A DNA stretch of 64,000 bases from an uncultured Candidatus Saccharibacteria bacterium (GCA_964639285.1 CAZXCI010000002.1:45660-109659); one strand, 5' to 3'; counted from the stretch's first letter, positions 19,867 through 30,015 are shown. Program-made: numbers and translations. Notes: generated by a model not told the origin, from the letters alone.

Positions 19867-20391
19867 ATGAGAAAAGAGATAATCATTGGGGCGTTGGTCG
19901 TTGTCATCATTGGTGCTGGAGCTGTTTTGTATCTTAGTCAAAGGGGGGGAGAAAAGGGCGGTGGCGGGAGTGTTGTGAGTGAGGCCTGTGCGTTAACCTG
20001 TGAGAAAGCGGTGGGGACCTGCCCTTCGCTTATTGCTAAAGAAGCTTGTGAACAAAAATGTGACAGCTTGAGCCAAGAAGCGAGAGATCATCTCAATATG
20101 GCAAACTCTTGTCAAGAATTAACAGAAAGGCCAGATTTAATTGCTGATTTATTAATTCCCGAACTTAACACTCCAGAACAAGTGGGGGACAAAAGTGGCA
20201 ATGACTGTGAAGCGGCTTGTGGGAGTTATGTTGGCAAATGTTTGACTTTGGTCCCAAATGCCACCCAAGCTTTATTTGCAGAAGGACAGACCTCTTGTGA
20301 GTCTGAGTGTGCCAAATGGAGCTCGAATAAGGTCGCTTGCATGGTCAACGCTCTTGATTGTGAAGCGATGACTAATGTTTGTGGCTTATAA
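19867..20391 (+). CDS. Cys-rich membrane-anchored/secreted hypothetical protein
   Basis: 174 aa with an N-terminal TM anchor, a Gly-rich linker and 12 Cys residues. Confidence 0.45.
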   Translation: MRKEIIIGALVVVIIGAGAVLYLSQRGGEKGGGGSVVSEACALTCEKAVGTCPSLIAKEACEQKCDSLSQEARDHLNMANSCQELTERPDLIADLLIPELNTPEQVGDKSGNDCEAACGSYVGKCLTLVPNATQALFAEGQTSCESECAKWSSNKVACMVNALDCEAMTNVCGL

Positions 20392-20397
20392 AGATTT

Positions 20398-21318
20398 ATG
20401 GATAGAAAAGTAATGATTATTGGAGGAACCGGTCTTCTTGTTGCGGGAGCGATTGCTACGGGAGTGATCTTAAATAATTTCGACCGTAGTTCCAGCGGGA
20501 GAGAATTAGATGACGGCGTCTCTCAAGCTCTAGAGGATCAGAATTTCAAAGATTTCGCGGATGAGGGCAAATATTCTTTTTGCCAAGGAAAGGAAGTGAT
20601 TAAGGGACCCTATACCAGCTCGGTCTTCGGTAAGGAGACAGGCGAGATCGAATATATATCTGAAGATATTAACGTCTTTGACAAAGAGAAAAATAAACTA
20701 TTTATCCTGGGAAGAAAAATTCAATATAAATATTCTGGTCAAGGACAGGTGACACTAGGTGAGGGTGAAGGAACAAAAGAGATCGAAGAGAGTGGCATGA
20801 CGGTTGAGTATTATAGTAAATTTAATGCTCCCGTGAGAATTGATTATAACGCTGAATTAATTTATCCGGCTCCAGAGAGAAAGAGGGATGATTGGGTGGT
20901 GATCGAAACCAAAGGAGTTGGGACGATCATGGGTTTCAGCCAAGAGCGAATTGATAAAGAGATGGGTGATGCTAAAACCTTTTGCCCCCCGTTCTCTCTA
21001 AAGAAAGCTCTTATTACGTCTGATTATCTCTCTTTCCAAGAAACTTGCGACACTGGATCTGGCGAAGTTTTTAGATTTTCAGGTAATTTCAAATTCGAAT
21101 GTGGCGGAATTGATAATGAACGCGGTATAGAAATTGCGAAAGAATATAGACAACTTGAAGAAGCGAGAGACGTCTTCGACTCCTCGGCTGATACCGAAGA
21201 TGGCGAAAAAAATGAATTCCAAAATATTATTAAAGAAGAACAACCAGACAATCAGGATATACAGCAAAAACTTCAAGAATTAAAAGATGAGATGACAGCT
21301 GACCAAAGAAGTCTGTGA
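20398..21318 (+). CDS. Hypothetical membrane-anchored protein with acidic C-terminus
   Basis: 306 aa with an N-terminal TM anchor. No recognisable domain. Confidence 0.4.
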   Translation: MDRKVMIIGGTGLLVAGAIATGVILNNFDRSSSGRELDDGVSQALEDQNFKDFADEGKYSFCQGKEVIKGPYTSSVFGKETGEIEYISEDINVFDKEKNKLFILGRKIQYKYSGQGQVTLGEGEGTKEIEESGMTVEYYSKFNAPVRIDYNAELIYPAPERKRDDWVVIETKGVGTIMGFSQERIDKEMGDAKTFCPPFSLKKALITSDYLSFQETCDTGSGEVFRFSGNFKFECGGIDNERGIEIAKEYRQLEEARDVFDSSADTEDGEKNEFQNIIKEEQPDNQDIQQKLQELKDEMTADQRSL

Positions 21319-21342
21319 TTGAGCTTTTTAAAAGGGGTTCTT

Positions 21343-21813
21343 TTAGGCTGCTTGGGGGTTTCTTTGCGGGAGAAAGTCTTCTAACCCCTTACTGGGATAT
21401 TTTCCCTCAAGATAATAAGTTTTATCTATTACTTCTCGGGCAAAAACAATCGCTTGTCGGATTTTTTCCTTTCTTTCTTCCTCATTTTCTCCTAAATTTA
21501 GAAGCGCCTCTTGATCTAGGGAGGTGAGGTTAGGATCTTCTTGATATCGCCTAAGAAAAATAATTGCCCATTGACGAGAGCGCTCTTTACCTGAATCACT
21601 AAGGCCATCAATATTACCTTTAGACTTGTCCCTTAATTCGAGTAATCGTCCGGTGGCATCACCGGCATCACTAAAGGCGATCATATCGGTAAATTCTTGT
21701 GCGTTTTGGGGTTCCTTGTCGTCTCTCATTTGGGTCTCAAACCAATCTGAGATATCTCCTCCTATTCGATCTGGCCGCTCGGGCAAGGCGTTATATTTTG
21801 ATTCAAGTGGCAT
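21343..21813 (-). CDS. Hypothetical protein
   Basis: A 156-aa ORF, acidic, with no recognised motif. Confidence 0.35.
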   Translation of the reverse strand: MPLESKYNALPERPDRIGGDISDWFETQMRDDKEPQNAQEFTDMIAFSDAGDATGRLLELRDKSKGNIDGLSDSGKERSRQWAIIFLRRYQEDPNLTSLDQEALLNLGENEEERKEKIRQAIVFAREVIDKTYYLEGKYPSKGLEDFLPQRNPQAA

Positions 21814-22039
21814 ATTTTTTTGTGTTTTTAGCTAATATTGCCTGATTATAACACAAAAGTGGAAAAAAAGTGGATAAATTATCAAATTTGTCAATAATCT
21901 CAATGTTCGGGAAAATTCCCTCAGCTTGACATATTATTTTCTAATGTTAGGTTAAAGATATATATTGCTTTCTACAAGACTCTTTTTCTCTCCATTTTAA
22001 AAGAGTCAAGCATTATTAGCTAATTTAATTATAAATAAT

Positions 22040-24076
22040 ATGAAAAATATATCTAAATACTTTGTATTTTCGTTGCTTTTGTCCTCTTTTGTTCTTGGGG
22101 CAATGGTGACAATTTCTCCAATTAAGGCTGCTTTTGCGGGCGAAAAGATAAAGATTTGTCACGCGAATCCACCTGAGACTGCCGCTGGTGGTTATGAGGC
22201 GCTAGAAATAAGTGTTAATGCTTTGTCTGGCCACGACGGACATGCCATGGACATTATCCCACCTTTCCCTGATTATTCTGGGCAAAATTGGAATGAAGAA
22301 GGTCAAGCTATTTGGGAAAATAATTGTGTCGTTCCGTCTACTGATCCGGGCGATGGAGAAGACCCAGAGGTTGCGACTATTATTGCTCAAAAAATTATCT
22401 GTAATGACGAAGCCGATTTACCAAATTGGGGAGCGGGTGGAGCCGATATCACCTCGACGACAGCAACTGATTATGTTGCGAGTCACCCAAACTGCCAATT
22501 AGCGCCAAATTGGGATTTTGAATGGTCGCTTGATGGAGTTGGTAATCCTGGAGACAACATCTTGTCTGGAGGGACAGGCTGGAATTCCTTTTCGAACACG
22601 GCAAATGCGACGGTTCCTACTGGTGGTAAGATTTGGGTCCGAGAAAAATATGATTCCCGTTACATTCCCTTTACTGGCGAAAATACTGACCAAGATGTTT
22701 CGGCCGAGATTTATTGTAACAACGATGTCTTAAATTATGATAACTTGGAGTGGATTGATCCAGTTGAGTCTGGTCAAACTTATCACTGTGTCGCCTTCAA
22801 TACACCCAAGGCTTGTAGTGTTGTCAGTGATGAAACAACTATTGTCGAAGGGGGGACCAATGCGGTTGAAACCTGGGATGGCCATACTGGTTGGTATCAG
22901 AGTGATCTTTTAAGTCCTGCCAAGTGGATTTGGGACGCTTTTCATGTGGCTAATCCGACCCAAGAAGAGACAAAGGTTTTTATCAAGAAATTTAGCCTTG
23001 ATGCCGAACCGATTTCCGCTTCCATTTCTGTGGCCGCCGATAACGGTTACAGTCTAGTCGTGAACGACCAACTTGTAACTACCAGACTTGCACAGTCTAA
23101 TTATGATCATCCTGCTGTCTACACTCATTTTGCAAGTTTATTTCACCCGGGGACCAACACGATTAAATTAACGGTTAAGAATTTTGCCATGCCTGACGGA
23201 ACTCCGGAAACTAACCCCGCGGGCGTCTTGTATAAAGTGACATTTCTGGGTAGTGCCGATTGCGCCAATGTCGCCGAACCAGAAACCTCAGGCAAAATTA
23301 AAGTTCGAAAAGCGTTTGCAAATATTGAAGGTATGCAAGTTGAACCGTCCGCGTTCTCTTTCTCTGTTAATGGTGGGGAGCCTCAATCTTTTGGCTTCAG
23401 CGATTTTGTCGAAGTAAATGTTCCTAATGGTCCTTATAGTATCGCCGAGATTGACCCTGGTTCTGAGTGGGCGGTTTCTACGAGTACGGGTTGTGCTGGC
23501 GAGATGGCAGGGGAGGACTTGGAATGTGTTATTACCAATACCCATGTTGATTCTGAGCCAGAAGAATCTACTGACGTTTGCCCCAATATTGAAGGTATTC
23601 AAGAAACGGTTCCCGATGGTAAGATTCTTGGTAATGGAAATTGTATAGATCAACAAAGTTCTGGTGGCGGTGGCGGTAGTAGCGGTGGTGGTAGCTTCGG
23701 TTATTTTTACCCACAAGTTTTAGGTGTTTCGACGACCACTGGGCGTGTTCTGGGCGAGAGTACCTGTGCCCCTTATCTCAAGTCTTATATAAAGTTTGGA
23801 GGAAAAAATGATAAAGACGAGGTTATGAAGCTTCAAACTTTCTTGAATGAGTATCTTGGCCTTAATATTAAGGTTGATGGCAAATATACGGCTCGGACTT
23901 ATCGCGCGGTTAAACAATTCCAAGTTGGGGCCCATGAACAGGTTCTGAAGCCTTGGATCCCCTTTGGTCTCGAGGCTAATTCTGACGGAACAGGTTATGT
24001 CTATAAGACAACAAAGCGTTGGATTAACATGATAAAGTGTCCGCAATTGGCTCTTGGCCTCCCTCAATTGCCTTAA
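22040..24076 (+). CDS. Large secreted protein with C-terminal putative peptidoglycan-binding domain
   Basis: 678 aa with a signal peptide, a Gly-rich linker (SSGGGGGSSGGGS), and a C-terminal PG_binding_1-like segment (KLQTFLNEYLGLNIKVDGKYTARTYRAVKQFQ). A terminator hairpin follows the gene. Confidence 0.5.
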   Translation: MKNISKYFVFSLLLSSFVLGAMVTISPIKAAFAGEKIKICHANPPETAAGGYEALEISVNALSGHDGHAMDIIPPFPDYSGQNWNEEGQAIWENNCVVPSTDPGDGEDPEVATIIAQKIICNDEADLPNWGAGGADITSTTATDYVASHPNCQLAPNWDFEWSLDGVGNPGDNILSGGTGWNSFSNTANATVPTGGKIWVREKYDSRYIPFTGENTDQDVSAEIYCNNDVLNYDNLEWIDPVESGQTYHCVAFNTPKACSVVSDETTIVEGGTNAVETWDGHTGWYQSDLLSPAKWIWDAFHVANPTQEETKVFIKKFSLDAEPISASISVAADNGYSLVVNDQLVTTRLAQSNYDHPAVYTHFASLFHPGTNTIKLTVKNFAMPDGTPETNPAGVLYKVTFLGSADCANVAEPETSGKIKVRKAFANIEGMQVEPSAFSFSVNGGEPQSFGFSDFVEVNVPNGPYSIAEIDPGSEWAVSTSTGCAGEMAGEDLECVITNTHVDSEPEESTDVCPNIEGIQETVPDGKILGNGNCIDQQSSGGGGGSSGGGSFGYFYPQVLGVSTTTGRVLGESTCAPYLKSYIKFGGKNDKDEVMKLQTFLNEYLGLNIKVDGKYTARTYRAVKQFQVGAHEQVLKPWIPFGLEANSDGTGYVYKTTKRWINMIKCPQLALGLPQLP

Positions 24077-24153
24077 TTAGTAATTCTCAAAAATAACCCT
24101 CCCTGGCAAACCTCGGGGGGTTATTTTTATTAATTAGTGGTATAATTTCAATA

Positions 24154-24792
24154 ATGCGAAAACCAAAAGGAATTCTCTCTTCTCGATTGAAGAAAAGCGT
24201 TTGCCTAGTTCTTCTCCTTGTTTTTATTTTCGGCCTTTTTCTTTTTTCTCAGAGCGGGGGCCTTTTGATTCAAAAGTTAAATATGGTCGCGACTGTCTAT
24301 CCGGTCGTTTTGGCTGACCTTGCGAATATGAGTCGACAACGAGAAGGAGCTCCGACCTTGATTTGGAATGAGGACTTAGCCAAGGCTGCCAAATTAAAGG
24401 CTGAAGACATGCTCGCAAAAGGGTATTTTGCTCACAATAGTCCGACAGGGGTTACTCCTTGGTTTTGGTTAAAGAAGGTAGGATATGACTTTGCTTATGC
24501 CGGAGAAAATTTGGCGGTAGATTTTACTGAGTCTAGCGATGTTCAGCAAGCTTGGCTTGATTCGCCCAAACATCGAGAAAATATTATGAACTCTAATTTC
24601 CGAGAAATTGGCATAGCGACGGTGGAGGGAATTTTTGAGGGCAAGCAGACAACTTTTGTTGTTGAGTTTTTTGGAGCACCGCTAGCTGTTACTACTCGGC
24701 CGAGAGGAGAAAATTTAGAAATAATTAAAGAAACAGATAAGTCTATCGTTATCAAAAACTTGAATGCTCAAATTAATAAGTTTTCTAATTGA
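24154..24792 (+). CDS. CAP/SCP (PR-1-like, YkwD-type) domain protein
   Basis: A TM anchor, then GYFAHNSPTG and PKHRENIMNSNFREIGIA motifs typical of the CAP superfamily. Confidence 0.7.
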   Translation: MRKPKGILSSRLKKSVCLVLLLVFIFGLFLFSQSGGLLIQKLNMVATVYPVVLADLANMSRQREGAPTLIWNEDLAKAAKLKAEDMLAKGYFAHNSPTGVTPWFWLKKVGYDFAYAGENLAVDFTESSDVQQAWLDSPKHRENIMNSNFREIGIATVEGIFEGKQTTFVVEFFGAPLAVTTRPRGENLEIIKETDKSIVIKNLNAQINKFSN

Positions 24793-24800
24793 GTAAAAAT

Positions 24801-25454
24801 ATGAAAAAGAAATACATCATCGCTTTAATAGCTATCTTGCTCATTTTGTTTGGGGCCCTTATCTCGCTAAAAGTTTTTAAGCCCGACTTGACTTGCTGGC
24901 CTTATTGTTCCCATTTGGCCGATCAAAATAAACAAAAAACTGAAGATCAGATCAACATCGGTTTACCTAATCCTGCCTCGGTCCATTGCGAGGAAGTTGG
25001 AGGGAATCTTGAAATGAAATTGGACGCTTCTGGTGGACAGGTAGGCTTCTGCATCTTGCCCGATAAATCAGTTTGTGAAGAGTGGTCTCTCTTGCGTAAC
25101 GAATGTACTGAGAACTCAGAGTATTTTCTCCATTTGAGCGTTCGCCCGGGTGATGCGATCAGTAGCCCGCTTAAAATTACCGGGGAATCTGGTGGTGGCT
25201 GGTTCTTCGAGGGATCTTTTCCCATTGACCTTGTTGATTGGGACGGCAAGATTATTGCCGAAGGTATTGCTCAAGCTAAGGGTGATTGGATGACAACTAA
25301 GTTTGTGCCCTTTGAAGCTGAATTAAAATTTGCTAAACCGGCTAATCCGACCAATCAAGACTATGCTAGTAGGGGGGCGATTATTTTCCGGAAAGATAAT
25401 CCTTCAGATATGAGGCAGTATGATGCAGCCTACGAATTACCAATAAAATTCTAA
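24801..25454 (+). CDS. DUF333 plus Gmad2 Ig-like (GerMN-related) domain lipoprotein/secreted protein
   Basis: MKKKYIIALIAILLILF anchor, then the DUF333-like motif LPNPASVHCEEVGG...C....C.EW, then a Gmad2-like region (ISSPLKITGESGGGWFFEGSFPIDLVDWDG). Confidence 0.5.
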   Translation: MKKKYIIALIAILLILFGALISLKVFKPDLTCWPYCSHLADQNKQKTEDQINIGLPNPASVHCEEVGGNLEMKLDASGGQVGFCILPDKSVCEEWSLLRNECTENSEYFLHLSVRPGDAISSPLKITGESGGGWFFEGSFPIDLVDWDGKIIAEGIAQAKGDWMTTKFVPFEAELKFAKPANPTNQDYASRGAIIFRKDNPSDMRQYDAAYELPIKF

Positions 25455-25501
25455 AAGGTTCAATATTCGTGTCTTAGCGGTTGGTCTGTTAGAATAGACC
25501 C

Positions 25502-27160
25502 ATGACTCAGAAAGAGGCTTTAGAAATTTTGAAAATGGGGCATAACGCTTTTCTGACTGGTGCGGCCGGGAGTGGGAAAACCCATGTCTTAAATGAATAT
25601 ATCGCTTGGCTCAAGGAGCAGGGGGTGGAGGTTGGTGTGACTGCTTCGACCGGAATTGCGGCAACGCATATTGGGGGAACAACTATTCATGCTTGGTCGG
25701 GCCTCGGGGTGAAAGATAAACTTTCGGCCTATGATCTTGAGGATCTCGAGAGTAAGTCTTATCTTTGGAAGCGTTTTGACCGAACTAAGGTCTTGGTAAT
25801 TGATGAAGTTTCGATGCTTCACCATTTTCGACTTGATTTGATTGAACAAGTTTTGCGTTCGTTTAAGCGGAACGAAGAACCTTTTGGTGGGTTGCAGGTT
25901 ATCCTTTGTGGTGACTTCTTTCAACTTCCGCCGGTCTCACGAGGAGGGGAGAAGGTTTCTCGTTTTGCCTACGATGCCAAGATTTGGCCCAGTCTTAATT
26001 TGAAAGTTTGTTATCTTGAAGAACAACATCGCCAGAATGATTCAATCTATTTATCTATTCTTAATGCGATTCGTGATAATGAAATGAATGAAGAATTGGG
26101 GGAAAATTTGCGCAAGCGTCTCAATAAGAAAATTTCTTCCATTGAGCCGACAAAATTATATTCGTACAATGCCGATGTTGACGAAGAAAATGAGAGAGAG
26201 TTGGCCAAATTGCCCGGCCAAGCCTTCGAATATTATATGGATGACAAAGGTAAAGATCGGATTGTTGAGACTTTGAAAAAGGGGTGTTTGGCGCCTGAAG
26301 TCTTGCGTTTGAAGAAAGGGGCGCGGGTGATGTTTGTAAAAAATAATTATGAGGCTGGTTTTGCTAACGGTACTTTGGGTGTTGTTTCTCATTGTGATTC
26401 GGATAAGGTTATTGTTCGCACCACTAAAGGTAAATTAATTAATGTTGCGCCGACAAGCTGGCGCATTGAAGAGGATGGCAAAGTTAAGGCCGAGATTACT
26501 CAATATCCCTTGCGTCTAGCTTGGGCGATCACTGTCCATAAGAGTCAAGGGCTCTCGCTTGATGCGGCCGAGATTGATCTCTCTCAATCCTTCGAGAAAG
26601 GGATGGGTTATGTGGCGTTATCTCGCGTTCGTTCGCTTGATGGTTTATCGCTTAAAGGCTTGAATGCTTTGGCGCTCCAGGTTGACGGAAATGTCTTGCG
26701 CCAAGATGAAGAATTTCGTCGTCAGTCCAATAACCATGTCGCTGAGATGGGCGCTTTTGACAAGAAAGATATTGAAGCGAAACAAAGAAGATTCCTTGAG
26801 AGAATTGGGGCGATTAATGTGCGTGGGGAAAAGATTAAAGCCAAGAAATTAAGCACGGTTGATAAGACTCGGTTGCTTGTCGAAGAGGGGAAGACTCTTC
26901 ACGAGATGGCAAAGGAAAGAGGGCTTGCTGTTGATACTATTCTTGATCATTTAGAAAAGATAAAAGAACAAGATCCGAGCATTCAATTGCAATATTTAAG
27001 TCAAGATATGATAGTTGCTCGCGCTAAGAAAATTCGGGCGGCTCTTTCCAAGAACGGGACGGTGGCTGGGGGAAAATATCTCCTTGGTCCCGCGAAAAAT
27101 ATTCTCGGCCCCAGCTTTTCGTATGACGAAATAAGGTTGGTGAGGTTGCTGATGGGATGA
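25502..27160 (+). CDS. PIF1/RecD-family ATP-dependent DNA helicase
   Basis: 552 aa with a Walker A motif GAAGSGKT, VLVIDEVSM (Walker B), and PIF1-like motifs (LCGDFFQLPPV and TVHKSQG). Confidence 0.8.
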   Translation: MTQKEALEILKMGHNAFLTGAAGSGKTHVLNEYIAWLKEQGVEVGVTASTGIAATHIGGTTIHAWSGLGVKDKLSAYDLEDLESKSYLWKRFDRTKVLVIDEVSMLHHFRLDLIEQVLRSFKRNEEPFGGLQVILCGDFFQLPPVSRGGEKVSRFAYDAKIWPSLNLKVCYLEEQHRQNDSIYLSILNAIRDNEMNEELGENLRKRLNKKISSIEPTKLYSYNADVDEENERELAKLPGQAFEYYMDDKGKDRIVETLKKGCLAPEVLRLKKGARVMFVKNNYEAGFANGTLGVVSHCDSDKVIVRTTKGKLINVAPTSWRIEEDGKVKAEITQYPLRLAWAITVHKSQGLSLDAAEIDLSQSFEKGMGYVALSRVRSLDGLSLKGLNALALQVDGNVLRQDEEFRRQSNNHVAEMGAFDKKDIEAKQRRFLERIGAINVRGEKIKAKKLSTVDKTRLLVEEGKTLHEMAKERGLAVDTILDHLEKIKEQDPSIQLQYLSQDMIVARAKKIRAALSKNGTVAGGKYLLGPAKNILGPSFSYDEIRLVRLLMG

Positions 27161-27174
27161 TATAATAAAATAAT

Positions 27175-28035
27175 ATGGGTTTGAGCTTTGCCTTTTTGGC
27201 TTTAGTCGCTTGGGGAGTCGGCGATTTTTTAATTCAGAAAAGTACTCGCCGTTTTGGTAATTGGCAGGCTCTCTTCTTCATCACCGCTCTTGGGACAATT
27301 GTTCTCTTGCCCTTTGTGGCTAAAGATTTGCCAGAGCTTTGGTCTAATTCTCAAGAATTAATACTTTTGACGGGGACGAGCCTAATTATTTTCTTAGCCG
27401 CCCTTCTAGACTTCCAAGCTCTTCGTATTGGAAAGATGTCAGTGATAGAGCCGGTCTTTGCTCTCGAAGTTCCCCTGACGGCTCTTCTGGCTAGTTTTAT
27501 TTTGCGCGAGCACTTAACGCCTGCCCAAATCTGCCTAATCGCTTTAGTTGTTGTGGGTATTTTCTTAGTTTCCAATAGGCACTTTAATTTTCTTAAGAAA
27601 TTGAGATGGGAGCGGGGGGTGCAACTTGCTCTCATGGCAACGGTTGGCATGGGCCTAGCCAACTTCTTGGTCGGGCTTTCTTCTCGTGTTACTAATCCTT
27701 TAGTGATCAATTGGTTTTTGAGTTTTTTTATTTTTGTTGTTTGTTCTATATTTTTAACTGTTTCTGGGCAGTGGGGGAAGATGTTTGGTTATTGGAAGAC
27801 AGGAAAAGGTTTAATTCTCGCCGTTGGGGTTATCGACAATACCGCTTGGGTTGCCTATGCCTACAGCGTCCTTTATCTTCCTATTGCGATCGCCATCTCG
27901 ATTACTGAGAGTTATATTGTCTTAGCGGCTCTTCTTGGAATTTTTCTCAACCGTGAGAGATTAAAAATTCATCAATATTTTGGTTTAGTTATCACTGTTG
28001 TCGCTGTGATAATTCTTGCCCGAATCACTGGCTAG
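27175..28035 (+). CDS. EamA/DMT-family transporter
   Basis: 286 aa with about 10 TM helices in two EamA-like repeats. Confidence 0.7.
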   Translation: MGLSFAFLALVAWGVGDFLIQKSTRRFGNWQALFFITALGTIVLLPFVAKDLPELWSNSQELILLTGTSLIIFLAALLDFQALRIGKMSVIEPVFALEVPLTALLASFILREHLTPAQICLIALVVVGIFLVSNRHFNFLKKLRWERGVQLALMATVGMGLANFLVGLSSRVTNPLVINWFLSFFIFVVCSIFLTVSGQWGKMFGYWKTGKGLILAVGVIDNTAWVAYAYSVLYLPIAIAISITESYIVLAALLGIFLNRERLKIHQYFGLVITVVAVIILARITG

Positions 28036-28070
28036 AATTATCAAACACCGGGTGTTTGATAATTCTAGCC
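28030..28070. repeat. Near-perfect 20-bp-arm palindrome between convergent genes
   Basis: GGCTAGAATTATCAAACACC-G-GGTGTTTGATAATTCTAGCC. It contains the EamA stop codon, and no U-tract follows. Confidence 0.7.
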
Positions 28071-28853
28071 ATGGGCGACGACTAGGCCGTAGAGGCGGTG
28101 GGGGTTTATCTTGTTACCGGTGGGGCTGGTTTGGGCGAGAAGTTTGCGAATTTCATTGATGGTTGCGCCTGTCGTGGAGACGTCGTCGATAATGACGAAA
28201 ATGATGTTGGACAAGTGCGAAGCTACATTTAGTTGCGCAAAAAACGACTTCTCACTTTTCCCTAGTGCAAATGCATTTTTTAAATTTTCTAAACGCTGAT
28301 CACGATTGCGGATCGAAACTTGGGTTGGAGTATTTTTTATCTTTTTAATTAGTTTTTTGTTTATTTCGAATTGGTTAGGATTTAGAGCAACAATTTGCTT
28401 AGCTAATTCTTCTGATTGATTGTAGCCTCGCAGACGATAGCGAGCGGGAGAGAGGGGGACAGGGATGAGGATAATCTTGGGCGAAACAATTAATTCATCC
28501 TCGAGTTCTTCAAGCAGGCAGTCGTGTAACGGTTTGGCCAGAATCTCGGCTAATTCTAGAGTTCGTTTGTATTTTAAGTGCCAGATAAGCTGCTTTACAG
28601 CCGGCGAATTATAATCAAAGACGGAAAAAATATTTTCTTCGCCTGAACAATAGCTTCGTGGTAAATCAACCAGACATTTTTGACAAAGCCAAGTTCCATC
28701 TTTTTGGCAAGAAAGGCAGTGACGAGGGAAGAGAAGGTCAAGGCTTGCTCGCCAGAATTTAGTCAGTCTCTTGTGGATAAACTGCTTGGAAAAATTAGGG
28801 TAGTACTTTCTCACTATGCTATAATAATAGCAAATTAAGCGAAAATTGCTCAT
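28065..28853 (-). CDS. comFC: ComF family protein (competence, phosphoribosyltransferase domain)
   Basis: An N-terminal double-Cys zinc-finger (CLSCQKDGTWLCQKC) and a C-terminal PRTase motif VIIDDVSTTGAT. The start is set at the ATG whose complement overlaps the pilM ATG (CATG). The 304-aa extension to a TTG at 28979 is less likely. Confidence 0.7.
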   Translation of the reverse strand: MSNFRLICYYYSIVRKYYPNFSKQFIHKRLTKFWRASLDLLFPRHCLSCQKDGTWLCQKCLVDLPRSYCSGEENIFSVFDYNSPAVKQLIWHLKYKRTLELAEILAKPLHDCLLEELEDELIVSPKIILIPVPLSPARYRLRGYNQSEELAKQIVALNPNQFEINKKLIKKIKNTPTQVSIRNRDQRLENLKNAFALGKSEKSFFAQLNVASHLSNIIFVIIDDVSTTGATINEIRKLLAQTSPTGNKINPHRLYGLVVAHG

Positions 28854-30015
28854 GGGATTTTTTGATGAATTGAAGAAAACTGTCCAAAGTGGCTTCAGCC
28901 AGAAACAGAAAAGTGTGGTGGCAGTTGATCTTGGTATTTCTTCCGTGAAGCTGGTGCAATTGCGCAAAGAGAAAGGCAAAGCTGTCCTTGAGACTTATGG
29001 CGAGTTGGCCTGTGGTCCTTACAATGATTTGTCTGTTGGCCAGGCAACTAATATTTCTGTTGAGAAAACGGTCGAGTTACTCAAAGATCTCTTTAAGGAA
29101 GCCAATGTCACGACCTCTACGGCAATCTTCTCCATTCCCCTTAGAAGCAGTTTGATTGTCTCGGCCGAAGTTCCAGAATTAGCACAAAATAATTTAGCTG
29201 AAGTTATCCCCATTGAGGCTCGTAAGTATGTTCCTGTTCCGATTTCTGAAGTTATGCTTGACTGGTGGGTCATCCCGCACAGTTCGGCTGATCGAGCGGC
29301 GGAAGCTGAACAGGCTGCCAATATCCCCACTAGTCTTGATGGTGGGGCTAAGGCCTCCTTTGATCGAGGGCGGAAGATCGAAGTTCTTATCGCTTCTATT
29401 CATAAGGATACTATTCGTCAATACCAAGATATTGCTGGCCAGATGAAGCTGAATGTTAATTCTTTTGAGATAGAGACCTTTAGTTCTATTCGTTCTGTTA
29501 TACCGAATGATCTGGCGGCAACCGCTATTTTAGACATGGGGGCGGGGACCTCGAAGATTGCTATTGTCGATTATGGCATCGTTCGTCTCTCGCACACAAT
29601 CGATAAAGGTTCGCAAGACATCACCGTAGCCATTTCTAAGTCTCTTAATATTCCTTTTGCTAAGGCTGAAGAGATCAAGCGTCGCCTTGGTCTTGTTGGA
29701 GATATCGAGAAGGGTGATCTAGTGGAAATGATTAGTCCAACTGTGGAATATATTTTTGCGGAAGCGGCTAAGACTATGTTAAACTATCAGAAGGAACACC
29801 AACGTTCAATTGACAAAATTGTTTTGATTGGTGGCGGAGCCTTGTTGAAGGGAGTTCTAGAGACGGCCAAGGCTATTGTCGGAGTCCCAGTTGTCTTGGG
29901 CCTACCGTTCGACAAGGTCGAAGCTCCCGCCTTTCTCAACGACGTATTAAAAGAAGCTGGTCCAGAGTTCGCCGTGGCCATTGGTCTGGCCCTCCGCAAA
30001 CTTGAAGACCTCTAG
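28852..30015 (+). CDS. pilM: Type IV pilus assembly protein PilM (actin-like ATPase)
   Basis: A PilM/FtsA-like fold signature (VAVDLGISSVKLVQL ...), about 388 aa, at the head of the pil operon. Confidence 0.8.
   Translation: MGFFDELKKTVQSGFSQKQKSVVAVDLGISSVKLVQLRKEKGKAVLETYGELACGPYNDLSVGQATNISVEKTVELLKDLFKEANVTTSTAIFSIPLRSSLIVSAEVPELAQNNLAEVIPIEARKYVPVPISEVMLDWWVIPHSSADRAAEAEQAANIPTSLDGGAKASFDRGRKIEVLIASIHKDTIRQYQDIAGQMKLNVNSFEIETFSSIRSVIPNDLAATAILDMGAGTSKIAIVDYGIVRLSHTIDKGSQDITVAISKSLNIPFAKAEEIKRRLGLVGDIEKGDLVEMISPTVEYIFAEAAKTMLNYQKEHQRSIDKIVLIGGGALLKGVLETAKAIVGVPVVLGLPFDKVEAPAFLNDVLKEAGPEFAVAIGLALRKLEDL

Noticed and set aside
28854-28979. TTG start at 28979 extending comFC to 304 aa (AAGGA is 5 nt upstream)
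   Set aside because: The extra 42 residues are antisense to the conserved pilM N-terminus and do not resemble ComF N-termini. The start is kept at the internal Met but flagged as uncertain.
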